This document shows positions 41,215-58,572 of a stretch of 64,000 bases of DNA, piece after piece. Position numbers and translations under genes: made by a program. The notes below the pieces were generated by a model. It was given only the letters and a program-made list of their open reading frames with translations. It was not told the origin of the DNA and searched no databases. The stretch's first letter is position 1, and each line of letters starts with the position of its first letter. Origin of the DNA: Anaeramoeba ignava BMAN (Eukaryota > Protista > Anaeramoebae); the NCBI GenBank assembly GCA_028826165.1, contig JAPDFW010000093.1:220622-284621 (forward strand), written 5' to 3'.

Positions 41215-41523
41215 ATTTGACAGAAAGAAAAAACTTTTAATTTTTTAAAAAGAAACTTTTAATTCATTTTGCTTTTTCATTTTTTCACTTTTTCTTTTTC
41301 AATACTTTTTTTTTTCTTTTAGAAAATTTCAAAAAAAAGAAATAAACTACAAATTTAAAAAAAAAAACAAAAAACAAATCAATTAGAAAAAGGAAATCTT
41401 AATTTATATTTTAATTTAAATTTTTATTTAGATTTTAATTTAGATTTTAATTTAGATTTTAATTTAAATTTTAAATTAAATTTTAATTTAGATTTTAATT
41501 TAGATTTTTATTTAAATTTTTAA

Positions 41524-44500
41524 TCAATTTAATTCCCATAATTTAATTGAATTTTCTGGAGAATGAGAACAAGAACCAAAAATAGGAAGAGTTGGATGAC
41601 CAGAAACATCAATTACTGATTCTTTTTTTTGTTGTTTTTAAATCAAAAAATAAAAATTTAATTTAGATTAAAAAATAATTTTAATTGAAAAAATTTTTAA
41701 TCAAATTTTATTTACCTTGATGTTGTTTTAAAACTGCTACCATTTGTTTAGATTGTAATTCCCATAAAACTACTGATCCATCTTCAGAACCACTTATAAC
41801 AAAATCCATATTTTTAAAAGTAAAAAGAAAATCAGAACCAACACAAAATCTATAATTAATATGGCCTTGATAAGTTTTTTTTGATTTTCCAGTATAAATA
41901 TCTGTTAAAAGAACTCGACTATCAAGATTTGATGAAAGAACATAACGTGAATTTGGAGTAAATTTTACAAATGTACAGGGTCTTTCAGGATCTTTTGGAG
42001 ATAAGCTATTATTGATTGATCTTAAACAAGTACCTGTTCTAGTTTCCCAAATTCGACTTTTTTTTTATTAAAAAAAAATTAATCAATTAAAATCAATTGA
42101 TTAAAAATGATTTGAAATTTTTGAAATTATTTTTTTTTACATTAATCCTTCAAAACTTGATGTCGCAAAAATTGAATTATCATGCGAAAAACATCCATGA
42201 GTTACTGGTGTTGAATGACCTGGAAATTTTTGTAAAGGTAACTTTGCTCGAACATCAGAAATATGAACATATGTGTCATAAGTTGTGCTTATTAAAAGAT
42301 TTCCTCTTGGATTAAAATTTGAACTAAAAACTATACTTTGATAATCAAATTCTCTCAATTCTTGCCCCTTTTTTTGAATATGAAAAAATTAAAAATAAAA
42401 TTAAAATAAAAAATTAAAAAAAGTGGATCAAAAATTAAGAACTTTTTTTTTTTTGAAATTTTCTTTATAATTTTTTTTTTCAATTTACAGTTTCAACTTC
42501 CCAGATTTTTACGGTTTGATCATCTGAACTTGTGCAAACATAACGTGAATCAGGAGACCAAGAAATATGAGATAATCCTTTTTCATGTCCTGATAAACAT
42601 TGAATTTCTTTAAGATCTGAAACTGTAAAGATTTTTGCAGTTTTATCAGCAGCTTTAAATTGAATAAAAAAAAATAAATTAATAACAAAAAAACGATTAA
42701 ATTTGAATGATTTTTTTTTTGTATTCATTTGGATAATTTAAAATTCCTTTTCTTACAAGAACTTGCAATAAATAAACCATTTGGTGAAAAGTTGAGACTT
42801 GATATTGCTCTTTGATGTGGATTAATTGATGATTTCAAATTACAGTTGTGACCTTCTGATTTGGGTATTTTTTCTTGATATATCCAAGTATCATTTTCTT
42901 GGGAATTATGTATATTTAAATCTTTTAATTCTGAGTAATTATTGTGGGAAAATTCTTTTTGATAAAATTGATTATTTTCCATTTTAATTTGATTTTCATT
43001 TTCAATTTTATTTTCATTTTGAATTTTATTTTCAATTTGATTTTCATTTTCATTTTCAATTTGATTTTGATTTTCAATTTGATTTTCAATTTGATTTTGA
43101 TTTTGATTTTCAATTTGATTTTCAATTTTATTTTGATTTTGATTTTCATTTTGATTTTCAATTTGATTTTCAATTTGATTTTGATTTTGATTTTCAATTT
43201 GATTTTCAATTTGATTTTGATTTTCAATTTGATTTTTATTTTCAATTTCAATTTGATTTTCAATTTTATTTTCAATTTGATTTTTATTTTCAATTTGATT
43301 TTGATTTTCAATTTGATTTTCAATTTTATTTTCAATTTGATTTTCAATTTGATTTTCAATTTGATTTTCAATTTGATTTTCAATTTGATTTTCAATTTGA
43401 TTTTCAATTTGATTTTCAATTTGATTTGATTTTCAATTTGATTTTCAATTTTATTTTCAATTTGATTTTCAATTTTATTTTCAATTTGATTTTCAATTTG
43501 ATTTTCAATTTGATTTTCAATTTGATTTTCAATTTGATTTTCAATTTGATTTTCAATTTGATTTTCATTTTTATTTTCATTTTGATTTTTATTTTCAATT
43601 TGATTTTTATTTTCATTTTGATTTTGATTTTCAATTTGATTTTGATTTTGATTTTGATTTTGATTTTGATTTTCAATTTGATTTTCAATTTGATTTTGAA
43701 TTTGATTTTCAATTTGATTTTCAATTTGATTTTCAATTTGATTTTCAATTTGATTTTGAATTTGATTTTGATTTTCAATTTGATTTTGAATTTGATTTTG
43801 ATTTTGATTTTCAATTTGATTTTCAATTTGATTTTCAATTTGATTTTCAATTTGATTTTCAATTTGATTTTCAATTTGATTTTCAATTTGATTTTGATTT
43901 TCAATTTGATTTTCAATTTGATTTTGATTTTCAATTTGATTTTCAATTTTTTGATTTTGATTTTCAATTTGATTTTGATTTTGATTTTCAATTTGATTTT
44001 CAATTTGATTTTCAATTTGATTTTCAATTTGATTTTCAATTTGATTTTCAATTTGATTTTCAATTTGATTTTCAATTTGATTTTCATTTTGATTTTCAAT
44101 TTGATTTTCAATTTGATTTTCAATTTGATTTTTATTTTCAATTTGATTTTCAATTTGATTTTGATTTTCAATTTGATTTTCAATTTGATTTTCAATTTGA
44201 TTTTCAATTTGATTTTCAATTTGATTTTCATTTTCAATTTGATTTTCATTTTCAATTTCAATTTGATTTTGAATTTGATTTTGATTTTGATTTTCAATTT
44301 GAATTTGATTTTCAATTTGATTTTCAATTTGATTTTCAATTTGATTTTCAATTTGATTTTCAATTTGATTTTCAATTTTATTTTGATTTTCAATTTCATT
44401 TTGATTTTCATTTTGATTTTCAATTTGATTTTCAATTTGATTTTGAATTTGATTTTCAATTTGATTTTCAATTTGATTTTCAATTTGATTTTCAATTTGA

Positions 44501-46313
44501 TTTTCAATTTGATTTTGATTTTGATTTTGATTTTGATTTTGATTTTGATTTTGAATTTGATTTTGATTTTGATTTTGATTTTCATTTTGATTTTCAATTT
44601 GATTTTCAATTTGATTTTCAATTTGATTTTCAATTTGATTTTCATTTATCATTTTGATTTTCAATTTGATTTTGAATTTGAATTTGATTTTTATTTTCAA
44701 TTTCATTTTCAATTTGATTTTGATTTTGATTTTCATTTTGATTTTCAATTTGATTTTCATTTTCATTTTCAATTTGATTTTGATTTTGATTTTCAATTTC
44801 ATTTTCATTTTCAAATTGATTTTGATTTTGAATTTCAATTTGATTTTCAATTTGATTTTGATTTTCAATTTGATTTTGAATTTGATTTTCAATTTGATTT
44901 TCAATTTGATTTTGATTTTCAATTTGATTTTGATTTTCAATTTGATTTTGATTTTGATTTTTAATTTGATTTTGAATTTTATTTTCATTTTGATTTTCAA
45001 TTTGATTTTGATTTTCATTTTGATTTTCAATTTCATTTTCATTTTGATTTTCAATTTGATTTTCAATTTGATTTTCATTTTGATTTTCAATTTGATTTTC
45101 AATTTGATTTTCAATTTGATTTTCAATTTGATTTTGATTTTGATTTTCATTTTGAATTTGATTTTCAATTTGATTTTCAATTTGATTTTCAATTTGATTT
45201 TCAATTTGAATTTGATTTTGATTTTGATTTTCATTTTGAATTTGATTTTCAATTTGATTTTGAATTTGATTTTGAATTTGATTTTGAATTTGATTTTGAT
45301 TTTCAATTTGATTTTGATTTTTATTTTCAATTTTATTTTCAATTTGATTTTGATTTTCAATTTGATTTTCAATTTGATTTTGAATTTTATTTTCAATTTG
45401 ATTTTTATTTTCAATTTGATTTTCAATTTGAATTTTATTTTGATTTTTATTTTGATTTTGATTTTGAATTTTATTTTGAATTTTATTTTCAATTTGATTT
45501 TGATTTTCAATTTGATTTTGATTTTGATTTTGATTTTCAATTTGATTTTGATTTTGAATTTTATTTTGAATTTTATTTTCAATTTGATTTTGATTTTCAA
45601 TTTGATTTTCATTTTGATTTTGATTTTGATTTTGGTTTTGATTTTGATTTTGATTTTGGTTTTGGTTTTCATTTTGATTTTGATTTTTATTTTCAATATT
45701 TAAATGGTTGAAAGTTGTATTTCGAAATGAATTTGCCAAAATTCTAGTAAGATAAGATGTTTTATTATGAGTATGAGTTTGAATTTGAGTTTGGTTAGAT
45801 TTATGAAAAGTTTTTTGTTCAATTTGTTCTTGTTTTTCTTGGGTTTTTCCAATTCTAATATTATCGTTATCAGTTTGATTTTTATTCGTATAAATTGATT
45901 GGTTAAATTGATAAATATTTTCTTGATGGTTTAATTGGTTTTGATAATTATTTTCCTTATAATTCATTAAAAATCGTTTTTTCCAATGATTCGATTCTTT
46001 ATATTTATTTTCAAGTTCATTTTCAATTTGATTTCGAACTTGATTTAAAATTTCATTTCTGATTTTATTTTGAACTTCCTTTTCAATTTCAAATTTAATT
46101 TGATTTTGATTTTGATTTTGATTTTGTTTTGTATTTTGATTTTGATTTTGATTTTGATTTTGATTTTGATTTTGTTTTGTATTCTTTTTTGTATTTTTTT
46201 TTGTATTTTGTTTTGTATTTTTGTTTTGTATTTTGTTTTGTATTCTTTTGTTTTTTATTTAAATTTGTTGTTTTATTTTTTTTTCGTTTTTTTAAATTTT
46301 TTTTTGATTCCAT
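41524..46313 (-). CDS. WDR5/Swd3-like WD40 protein with a huge N-terminal QIEN/QNQN tract (4 introns in the WD40 part; start codon tentative)
   Basis: Spliced exons give 'FSPNGLFIASSSADKTAKIF...GHEKGLSHISWSPDSRYVCTSSDDQTVKIW...NFNPRGNLLIS...IRIWETRTGTCL...TFVKFTPNSRYVLSSNLD...TYQGHINYRFCV...VISGSEDG...HPTLPIF', matching the WDR5 blade order. TGA at 41524-41526. Confidence 0.75.
42983..45697 (-). repeat. ~2.7 kb coding microsatellite, mainly (AATCAAATTGAA)n and (AATCAA)n
   Basis: Directly visible. No GT donor or AG acceptor at its borders, so probably exonic. Confidence 0.85.
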
Positions 46314-46414
46314 TTATTGATTTGATTAAAAAAATGAAAAAAAAAAATGAAATCGGAAAATAGAAAAAAAATTTTAAGAAAAAAAAAAATAAATGGTTTT
46401 GTTTTGTTATTGAA

Positions 46415-49400
46415 TTAAAGATTATGATAATATTTTCTTTTATATTGAATAAATTTTGAAATGAAACCATTTTTTTCTTCAATAGATTTAAATTCAATTA
46501 TATATGAATAATCTTTAATTGTAAATTTAATCATTTTTTGATCTGATTTAGATCCTAATTTAATATCATCTTTTTCCAAATTAAATTTTAAATTTTGGTT
46601 CATTCCAGTAATTGTAAAAATTTCATTTTGGATTATTAATTGACAAGATCCCATTTCAGCAAAATTTGAATTTAAAAATGCTCCTGAATATTTAAATTTT
46701 TTTTTTGATTCTTTTTCAATTTTCGTTTCTTTTTCAATTTTAATTTCTTTTGGTTCTTGTTTTGGTTCTTGTTTTTGTTCTTGTTTTAGTTCTTGTTTTT
46801 GTTCTTGTTTTAGTTCAGTTTTTAATAAAGATTTATGATATTTACTTTTAATTTCCATAAATTTTGAAATGAAACCATTTTTTTCTTCAATAGATTTAAA
46901 TTCAATTATATATGAATAATCTTTAATTGTAAATTTAACCATTGGTTGATCTGATTTAGATCCTAATTTAATATCATCTTTTTCCAAATTAAATTTTAAA
47001 TTTTGATTCATTCCAGTAATTGTAAAAATTTCATTTTGGATTATTAATTGACAAGATCCCATTTCAACAAAATTTGAATTTAAAAATGCTCCTGAATATT
47101 TAAATTCTTCTTGCTTTTGTTCTTTTTCAATTTCAATTTTAGTTTCTTTTGGTTCTTTTTCAATTTTAATTTCTTTTGGTTCTTGTTTTGGTTCTTGTTT
47201 TGGTTCTTGTTTTAGTTCTTGTTTTTGTTCTTGTTTTAATTCTTGTTTTAATAAAGATTTATGATATTTACTTTTAATTTCCATAAATTTTGAAATGAAA
47301 TGTTTTTTTTCTTCAATAGATTTAAATTCAATTATATATGAATAATCTTTAATTGTAAACTTAATCATTGGTTGATCTGATTTAGATCCTAATTTAATAT
47401 CATCTTTTTCCAAATTAAATTTTAAAATTTGATTCATTCCAGTAATTGTAAAAAATTCATTTTGGATTATTAATTGACAAGATCCCATTTCAACAAAATT
47501 TGAATTTAAAAATGCTCCTGAATATTTAAATTCTTCTTGTTTTGGTTCTTGTTTTGGCTCTTGTTTTGGCTCTTGTTTTTGTTCAGTTTTTAATAAAGAT
47601 TTTTGTAATTTACTTTTAATTTCCATAAATTTTAAAATGAAATCATTTTTTTCTTCAATAGATTTAAATTCAATTATATAGGATTTGTCTTTAATTGTAA
47701 ATTTAACCATTGTTTGATCTGATTTAGATCCTAATTTAATATCATCTTTTTCCAAATTGAAGATTAGGTTTTGGTCCTTGGAATTAATTGTGAAAATTTC
47801 ATTCTGAAGTGATACTTGACAAGATCCAAGTTCAACAAAATTTGAGTTGAAAAGAGTTACTTGATAATTAATTCCTTTGTTTTCTTTTTCCTCTTCATTC
47901 TCTTGGTTATTTTTCGAACTTTGATGATATTTTTTTTTAATTTGAATTATATCTTCAATAAACTGATCTTTTTCTTCATTCGATTTGAATAAAACAATAG
48001 TTGATTTTCCTTGAATAGTAATTCTCAGTATGCTTTGGTTTGGCTTTGATTCGAGATTAATACTCTCTTTTTCCAAATTACAGATCGAATTTTGGTCCTT
48101 TGAACTAATCATGAAAATCTCATTTTGAAGTGCTAATTGACAATATCCCATTTCAGTAAGTTTTGGACTTAAAAGAGTTACTTGATATTTTGGATTTATC
48201 TTCTCTTCAATTTGAATTTCTTGTTTTTCTTTCATATGCAAATTATCAAATCTTGTGTGTTTTTCTTTTTCGATGTGAGAACGAGGTTTATGTTTCTTTT
48301 TTGGTTCTCTTTGAATTTTTGTTTTGGGCAAATAATGCTCAATATTGAAGTTAACTTTAATAATATCGGTGATAAAATTGCTTTTTTCTTCGTTTGATTG
48401 GAATGAAATGTGGTAAGCCTTTTCGTGAGACATAATTTTTATGATGTTTTCATGTAATTTAGATGCAACTTTGATTTTATCTGTTTTGAGATTTAAAACT
48501 TTTCTTTGTTCCATTGTCTTAATTGTCAGAATCTCGTTTTGGATTGATACTTCACAAGATCCAATTTCATCGAGATTCGAATTTAAAATGTTTGCTTGAT
48601 AAACTGAATCAATTTTGATGTTTAGTTGCAAATAATTTTGTGAATCAGAACTAATTTTCAAAAAAGGAAATTCTTCGACTTGGAAAGGTTGCGAATTACT
48701 AATAGAAGTGAAAATTTTGCAGAAATTATGATCTTCTGTTTTACTCTGGAATTTGAATAAATTTTCATAGCCTAAAATAGGGAAAGTGAGTTTAAAATCG
48801 TTATTGTTTGAGAAAAGTTGAGACTTTGTAATATCGTGAACCATTATATTGTTGTTGCTATTGTTATTCATAATAATCTTGCTATTCACGATTTGAATTG
48901 TGCCTGAATTGTTTGATGTTTCTTTAGGTGTTGGAAATGAAATGTTGAATAGATTTTCATTGCCGTCTTTATTCCCAGGAAATTCGGTCTTTGTTAGATT
49001 TCGGAACAAATCTAGTGAATCCTCTGGGGTGTTAAATTCAAGCTCGAGCTTGTTTTTTTCAGGAAGAAGCATTTCAACTTCCTTGTTATTTTGTGTTTTC
49101 CATAAAAAGGCAAATTCTTCATTTTTGAAAACCAAGAAAAAAAGCTCTGAAATGAGTGCCAGTTGAACATGTGATAATCTGAGTTGCGCTTGAATAGGTT
49201 CCATTTCTGAGGAAGAAATCTTGAGTTGATAGCGATGAGTTTCGTGAGGAAAAATAAATTTATCAGTAAGCTTTGTGAAATTGTCAATAAAAAAGGATAA
49301 TTTTTGATTCGAAGCAAAAATGAGATGAATCAAATATTCACCAAATAGTTTGATTTTGATTGAATTTTCCGATTTAGAATTGGATAGAGAATTTGCAAAA

Positions 49401-51901
49401 GTGTAAGGAATAGAAATATCATTGATGTCATCGACTGTCATGATTCTCAGATAGGAATCATAAAGAATCGCCAATGCTTCGACTTTTTCGAGAACATTTG
49501 AAGAGACAAAGCATTCGCAAATGATAGGATTCAAATCAAACTTGCAATATTGATTTCGTTTTGAATTGAAACTGCTGATAAATCTTGATTTTGTTGATAT
49601 ATTTTCGAAAAGAACCTCGATAAAATTAAATTCATCAAGAGCCACCCAGCAAGAATGATTTGAATTATCAGAAGGGTGAACTGTTGTATACAAGCTGTAT
49701 TTCTTTTTGATTTCGCTATTATCATTGGAGATGGAAAATTCATCATTCATCAAAACAATAACTCCATTTGAGGAAACTTCACGAGTTGAATCGATAATTT
49801 TGACTTGGAAAGATGCCATTTCATTAGATACTCTTTCCTGAGAAACATCAGTAACTTCATCCTCTATAATTTCAAAGGAAGTCTGTTGAGTGTTGAGTCT
49901 TTCAAAGCATATTCTATAGATATTTTCTAAGTCTTTGCTTGGTTTGAGTGAATGAGGAGAGATACTGGTTGAGATGAAGGGAGTTTTAAAGGATGTTATT
50001 CCTGCGGATTTTTCAAAAAGATTGCAAATTAAATCTCGTTGCCAAATTGATCGAGCTGAGCAAAAGAAAAAATTATCTCTGATTGTTTGAATCACAAAAT
50101 ATATCGGGATTATTGAATGAAGATGAATCCCTTTCACTGATGTGTAATTTGTTTTGAGAATGAACTCGGAGTCCTTTTCAAGTTGCAACGAAATTGTGGA
50201 TTGATCAAAGTACAAAATTGCTGGGTTGATTTGATCTTGAAAAATTACATTAATTTTGAATGATGCAAATTTTTGATAAACAAATTGATCAAGTCTTTTT
50301 GTTATAATGCTTATTTTCCTGATTTGTATTTGAGTGTCCTCATTTGTGATAAGCGAGGAATCCCAAGGAAGATTAGAAATTTGTTTTCTTGATTGGAATA
50401 TAATCGGAAATCCTTCGTTTGAGAATTGCTTGTTGTTTGCGAATTTTCGTGCCAAAATATTCGGAATCAAAAAGGAATTATGGGTCATCGAATTAAGCAT
50501 TTGTTTGGAAATCAAAAATTGTTGAGGTTTCTTTTTGTGGAAATTTGGGGGATAAAAGAAAAACATTTGTTTAAATATGACCAAAGTTTTTGCGAAAAGT
50601 ATTTTGTCAAAATAACTTTTGCAATTGACTACAATTTCTAGTGATTCTTCATTTTTTATGTCATGAGAAGAAATGAAATCTTTGAGAAGAAATTTCATAT
50701 AAACAATATCCAATGACGGATGCAAAGAGAAAGTCATTTTATCTAAAGAAACAACAAAAGGATAAGAATTGAACGTTGCAATTGTGATGTGATTAAAATC
50801 AAACAAAATGAATGCGTTTTCGAAGTTGGATTTTCCAAGTGAAACATCCACAACAAAGTACGCGTTTTGTTGAGACAAAAAACTTGCCAATAAGGCATCA
50901 ATTTCGTTCTCTTTTCCGAGAATTGAACCATTAATTTGCGACAAATTGTTTGAATAAAATTGAAACATTTTAAAGATTTTCCAAATAAGAAAATGATCAT
51001 CTTCGTTTTTTGTTTTTATCGTGTAATTTCTGTCTTCAATTTTCACAACAAATGTTGTTAGGTTAAGTTCGTTCAAAATGATTTTAGCATCCAAAATATT
51101 CTGTTGAAATTGTAAAGCTCCAAAAGAATCAAAACATTTGATTTCTTTTTTTGTTATAGTTAAATTGCATTCAATTTCTTTTTTTTTGTTTTCAATTAAA
51201 AAAACTTTGAAACTAGATTTTCCATCAGAATAAAATTGTTTAATTTGTGAAATGGATTGATTTGAATTTTGATTTTGATTTGAATTTTGATTTTGATTTG
51301 AATTTTGATTTTGATTTGAATTTTGATTTGGATTTCGATTTAAATTTGGATTTGAATCTATATTTATATTTATATTTTTTTGATTATTTTCAGAAAGACT
51401 GAATATTTTCCTTAAATTTTGGATTTTCTTTTTTGGTGTTTCGAATTTTTCTTTTTTTTGTTTGCGCTTTCCAAAAACATGAGTTAATGAACTTAACAAT
51501 TTTTTGCCATCATTTTTTGGATGTTCCAAATTAGTTTTATTGATGATTTTCTTGTTTTTATTTTCATAAACAACTTGTAAATTTTTCAATAAACTTTTTA
51601 ATTAATTTTTTTTACGATTTCCAATAAAATTTGCAAGAATAGGTTCATTTTGAATTTCTACTCCATATTTTTTACAACCTATTATAAAGTTATTGTAATT
51701 CTCTATTGAACTATTTTTTTATTATTTTTATATTAATTTTTATTTTTTATTATTTTTTATTATTTAAATTTTTTACTTTGAACTAATTGAACAAAGATTT
51801 TTTTCAATTTTATTTAAACCAACACAAAGTGAACGTGATAAAACAGAATCTTCTGAATCAAAAGAAATTGGTTCTTCAAGAAAATTAATAAACCATTCCA
51901 T
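46415..51901 (-). CDS. Large protein with an N-terminal calponin-homology-like domain and ~13 tandem PH-like repeats
   Basis: ATG 51901, intron ~51711-51776, one slip in an A-run at ~51605. 'SRSLCVGLNKIE...SIENYNNFIIGCKKYGV' is CH-like. ~90-aa beta-rich units end in an 'F.S.EEK..FI..' helix (PH-fold pattern); the last three are near-identical. Confidence 0.7.
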
Positions 51902-52090
51902 AAAAATAAAAATGAAAAAAATGAAAAAAATAAAAAAATAAAAATAAAAATGAAAAAATAAAAATTTGTTTTGTAAAAGTGGAACCATTTTAAAGCCAAG
52001 TTCATTATCAAAAAAAAAAATCGAAAAAAAAAAAAAGGGATCAAAGAAAAAAGAAAAAAAGGGAAAAGGAAAAGAAATTTGTTAGCGAGT

Positions 52091-53188
52091 TTAATCGCAA
52101 ATGTTTTTAACTTCGTTAAAAAGAGCTTCAGAGAATGTTTCATAATCACCAAATTCTGGACAATCAATATAATTGAAGCAAGAATGAGCGCTCATTGTAT
52201 CACCTTCTCTCTTTATAATGCGCAACTTTTTAGAGAAACCGCCGACAGGAATAGCAGCCATTCCTGAGATATACTTCAAAAATCTTCGAAGAGAAATTGG
52301 TTGGACTTCCATGGAAGTTAAAAATTTCTTGAAAAATTCTGGAGTCTTATCCTCTTTTCCCCAATCGAGAAAGTCGATTTCTTTGATAATCATCTCAGCA
52401 GTAATTTTCTCGTCTTGGCACATAAGCATCATGAGTTCTGTGGGTGTAAAAACTGTCAGATTCTTCTTCAACTCTTGAAGGATCACGACATCTTCTCCTT
52501 CATCTTCTGGGATGGAAAATCCGTTTTTGATTGCATCAAATGCCTTTTTACGAGAATTGAAGAGTTTATTTTTCGCGGCAAGAAGGACATAATCTTCACG
52601 GTTATCGTTATCAAGTTTGAGTTTTTCTCCCTTTTCATTTTCGAACTCATAATCAAGTGTTTTTGCATCTTCAATTGCTAGAAGTTTTTGGAGAGACATT
52701 GTGTACTGATGGTCGTACATTTCCAAGTCGCACATCCAATTCTTAAGTGGTCTTTCCTCGTTTTCTTCTCCAAGAATATAACGGTAAAAGGAAGGGGGAA
52801 GTCTTACATTGACAGCAATTTTCTGCATGACTGACATTAACAGCGCTCTTCCGAAAGCAAAGAACTTAGTTACGTCAATGTCTTCGCCTTCCTTTGGCAA
52901 ATAAGTGATGCCTTTGTCATCGCATCTGACAAACATATCTTTTTCTGATTCGAGTGACTTTTGCAGGTATTCAGTGAAAACACCAGCAACTCCTCCGTCA
53001 ATTTCAACTTTGTATTTGACTAAAAGATCTTTGGCAGTGACAAGTTTTCCAAGTTCAGTTGTTAAATCTTGGAAAATGGTTTCTTTTGTGACTTTGAGTT
53101 CTTTTTCTTGTGCCTTTTCGTCAAATTGTTTTAAATACTTCTGGACTTCTTCTAATTTGAAGTTACTTTCTTCAAAGAGTTGTTGCAT
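52091..53188 (-). CDS. Stand-alone HECT-domain E3 ubiquitin ligase (365 aa) with a probable 5'-UTR intron (53195-53274)
   Basis: 'FFAFGRALLMSV', 'FYRYILG', 'DLEMYDHQYTMSL', 'NREDYV', 'AFDAIKNGF', 'FTPTELMMLMC', 'RRFLKYISG' and catalytic 'SAHSCFNYIDCP'. Confidence 0.88.
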   Translation of the reverse strand: MQQLFEESNFKLEEVQKYLKQFDEKAQEKELKVTKETIFQDLTTELGKLVTAKDLLVKYKVEIDGGVAGVFTEYLQKSLESEKDMFVRCDDKGITYLPKEGEDIDVTKFFAFGRALLMSVMQKIAVNVRLPPSFYRYILGEENEERPLKNWMCDLEMYDHQYTMSLQKLLAIEDAKTLDYEFENEKGEKLKLDNDNREDYVLLAAKNKLFNSRKKAFDAIKNGFSIPEDEGEDVVILQELKKNLTVFTPTELMMLMCQDEKITAEMIIKEIDFLDWGKEDKTPEFFKKFLTSMEVQPISLRRFLKYISGMAAIPVGGFSKKLRIIKREGDTMSAHSCFNYIDCPEFGDYETFSEALFNEVKNICD

Positions 53189-53449
53189 TTAATTCTAAAT
53201 AAGAACAAAATGAGAACCAAATTAAAAATAAAAAAAAAATAAAATTTAATAAAATTTAAATATAAATTACTTACCAAATTTAAACAGAAAACTTGAAAAA
53301 TGAAATTTTAATTTTTATTTTTATTTTTAATTTTATTTTTTTTGCTTTTTTTTTTTTAATTAAATTTTAATTTGAAGGCAAAAAAAAAAATTTCTTCTTT
53401 TTTCTTTTTCTTCTTCTTTTTCTTCTTTCTTCTTTCTTCTTTTTCTTTT

Positions 53450-58295
<4,846 letters not shown>

Positions 58296-58572
58296 ATTAA
58301 AATTTAATTCAAAAAAACAAAAGGAAAGGAAAAAATGAATTTCTTTTTTTTCAAATTTTTTAATTTTTAATTTTTTTAAAGAAAAGAAAAGAAAATAAAA
58401 GAAATCCAAATTTTTTAAATCCAATTTTTTTAAGTCGAAATTCTTTTAAGTCGAAATTTTTTTAATCCAAATTTTTTAAATCCAATTTTTTTAAATCCAA
58501 ATTTTTTAAATCCAATTTTTTTAATCAAATTTTTTTAAATTTTAATAAAAGATGAAAAAGAAAAAAGTTGTT

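Noticed and set aside
42835-42860. 'GHNC' in the WD40 gene as an intein C-terminal His-Asn/Cys junction
   Set aside because: No intein N-terminal block or Hint/endonuclease sequence lies upstream, only low-complexity repeat.
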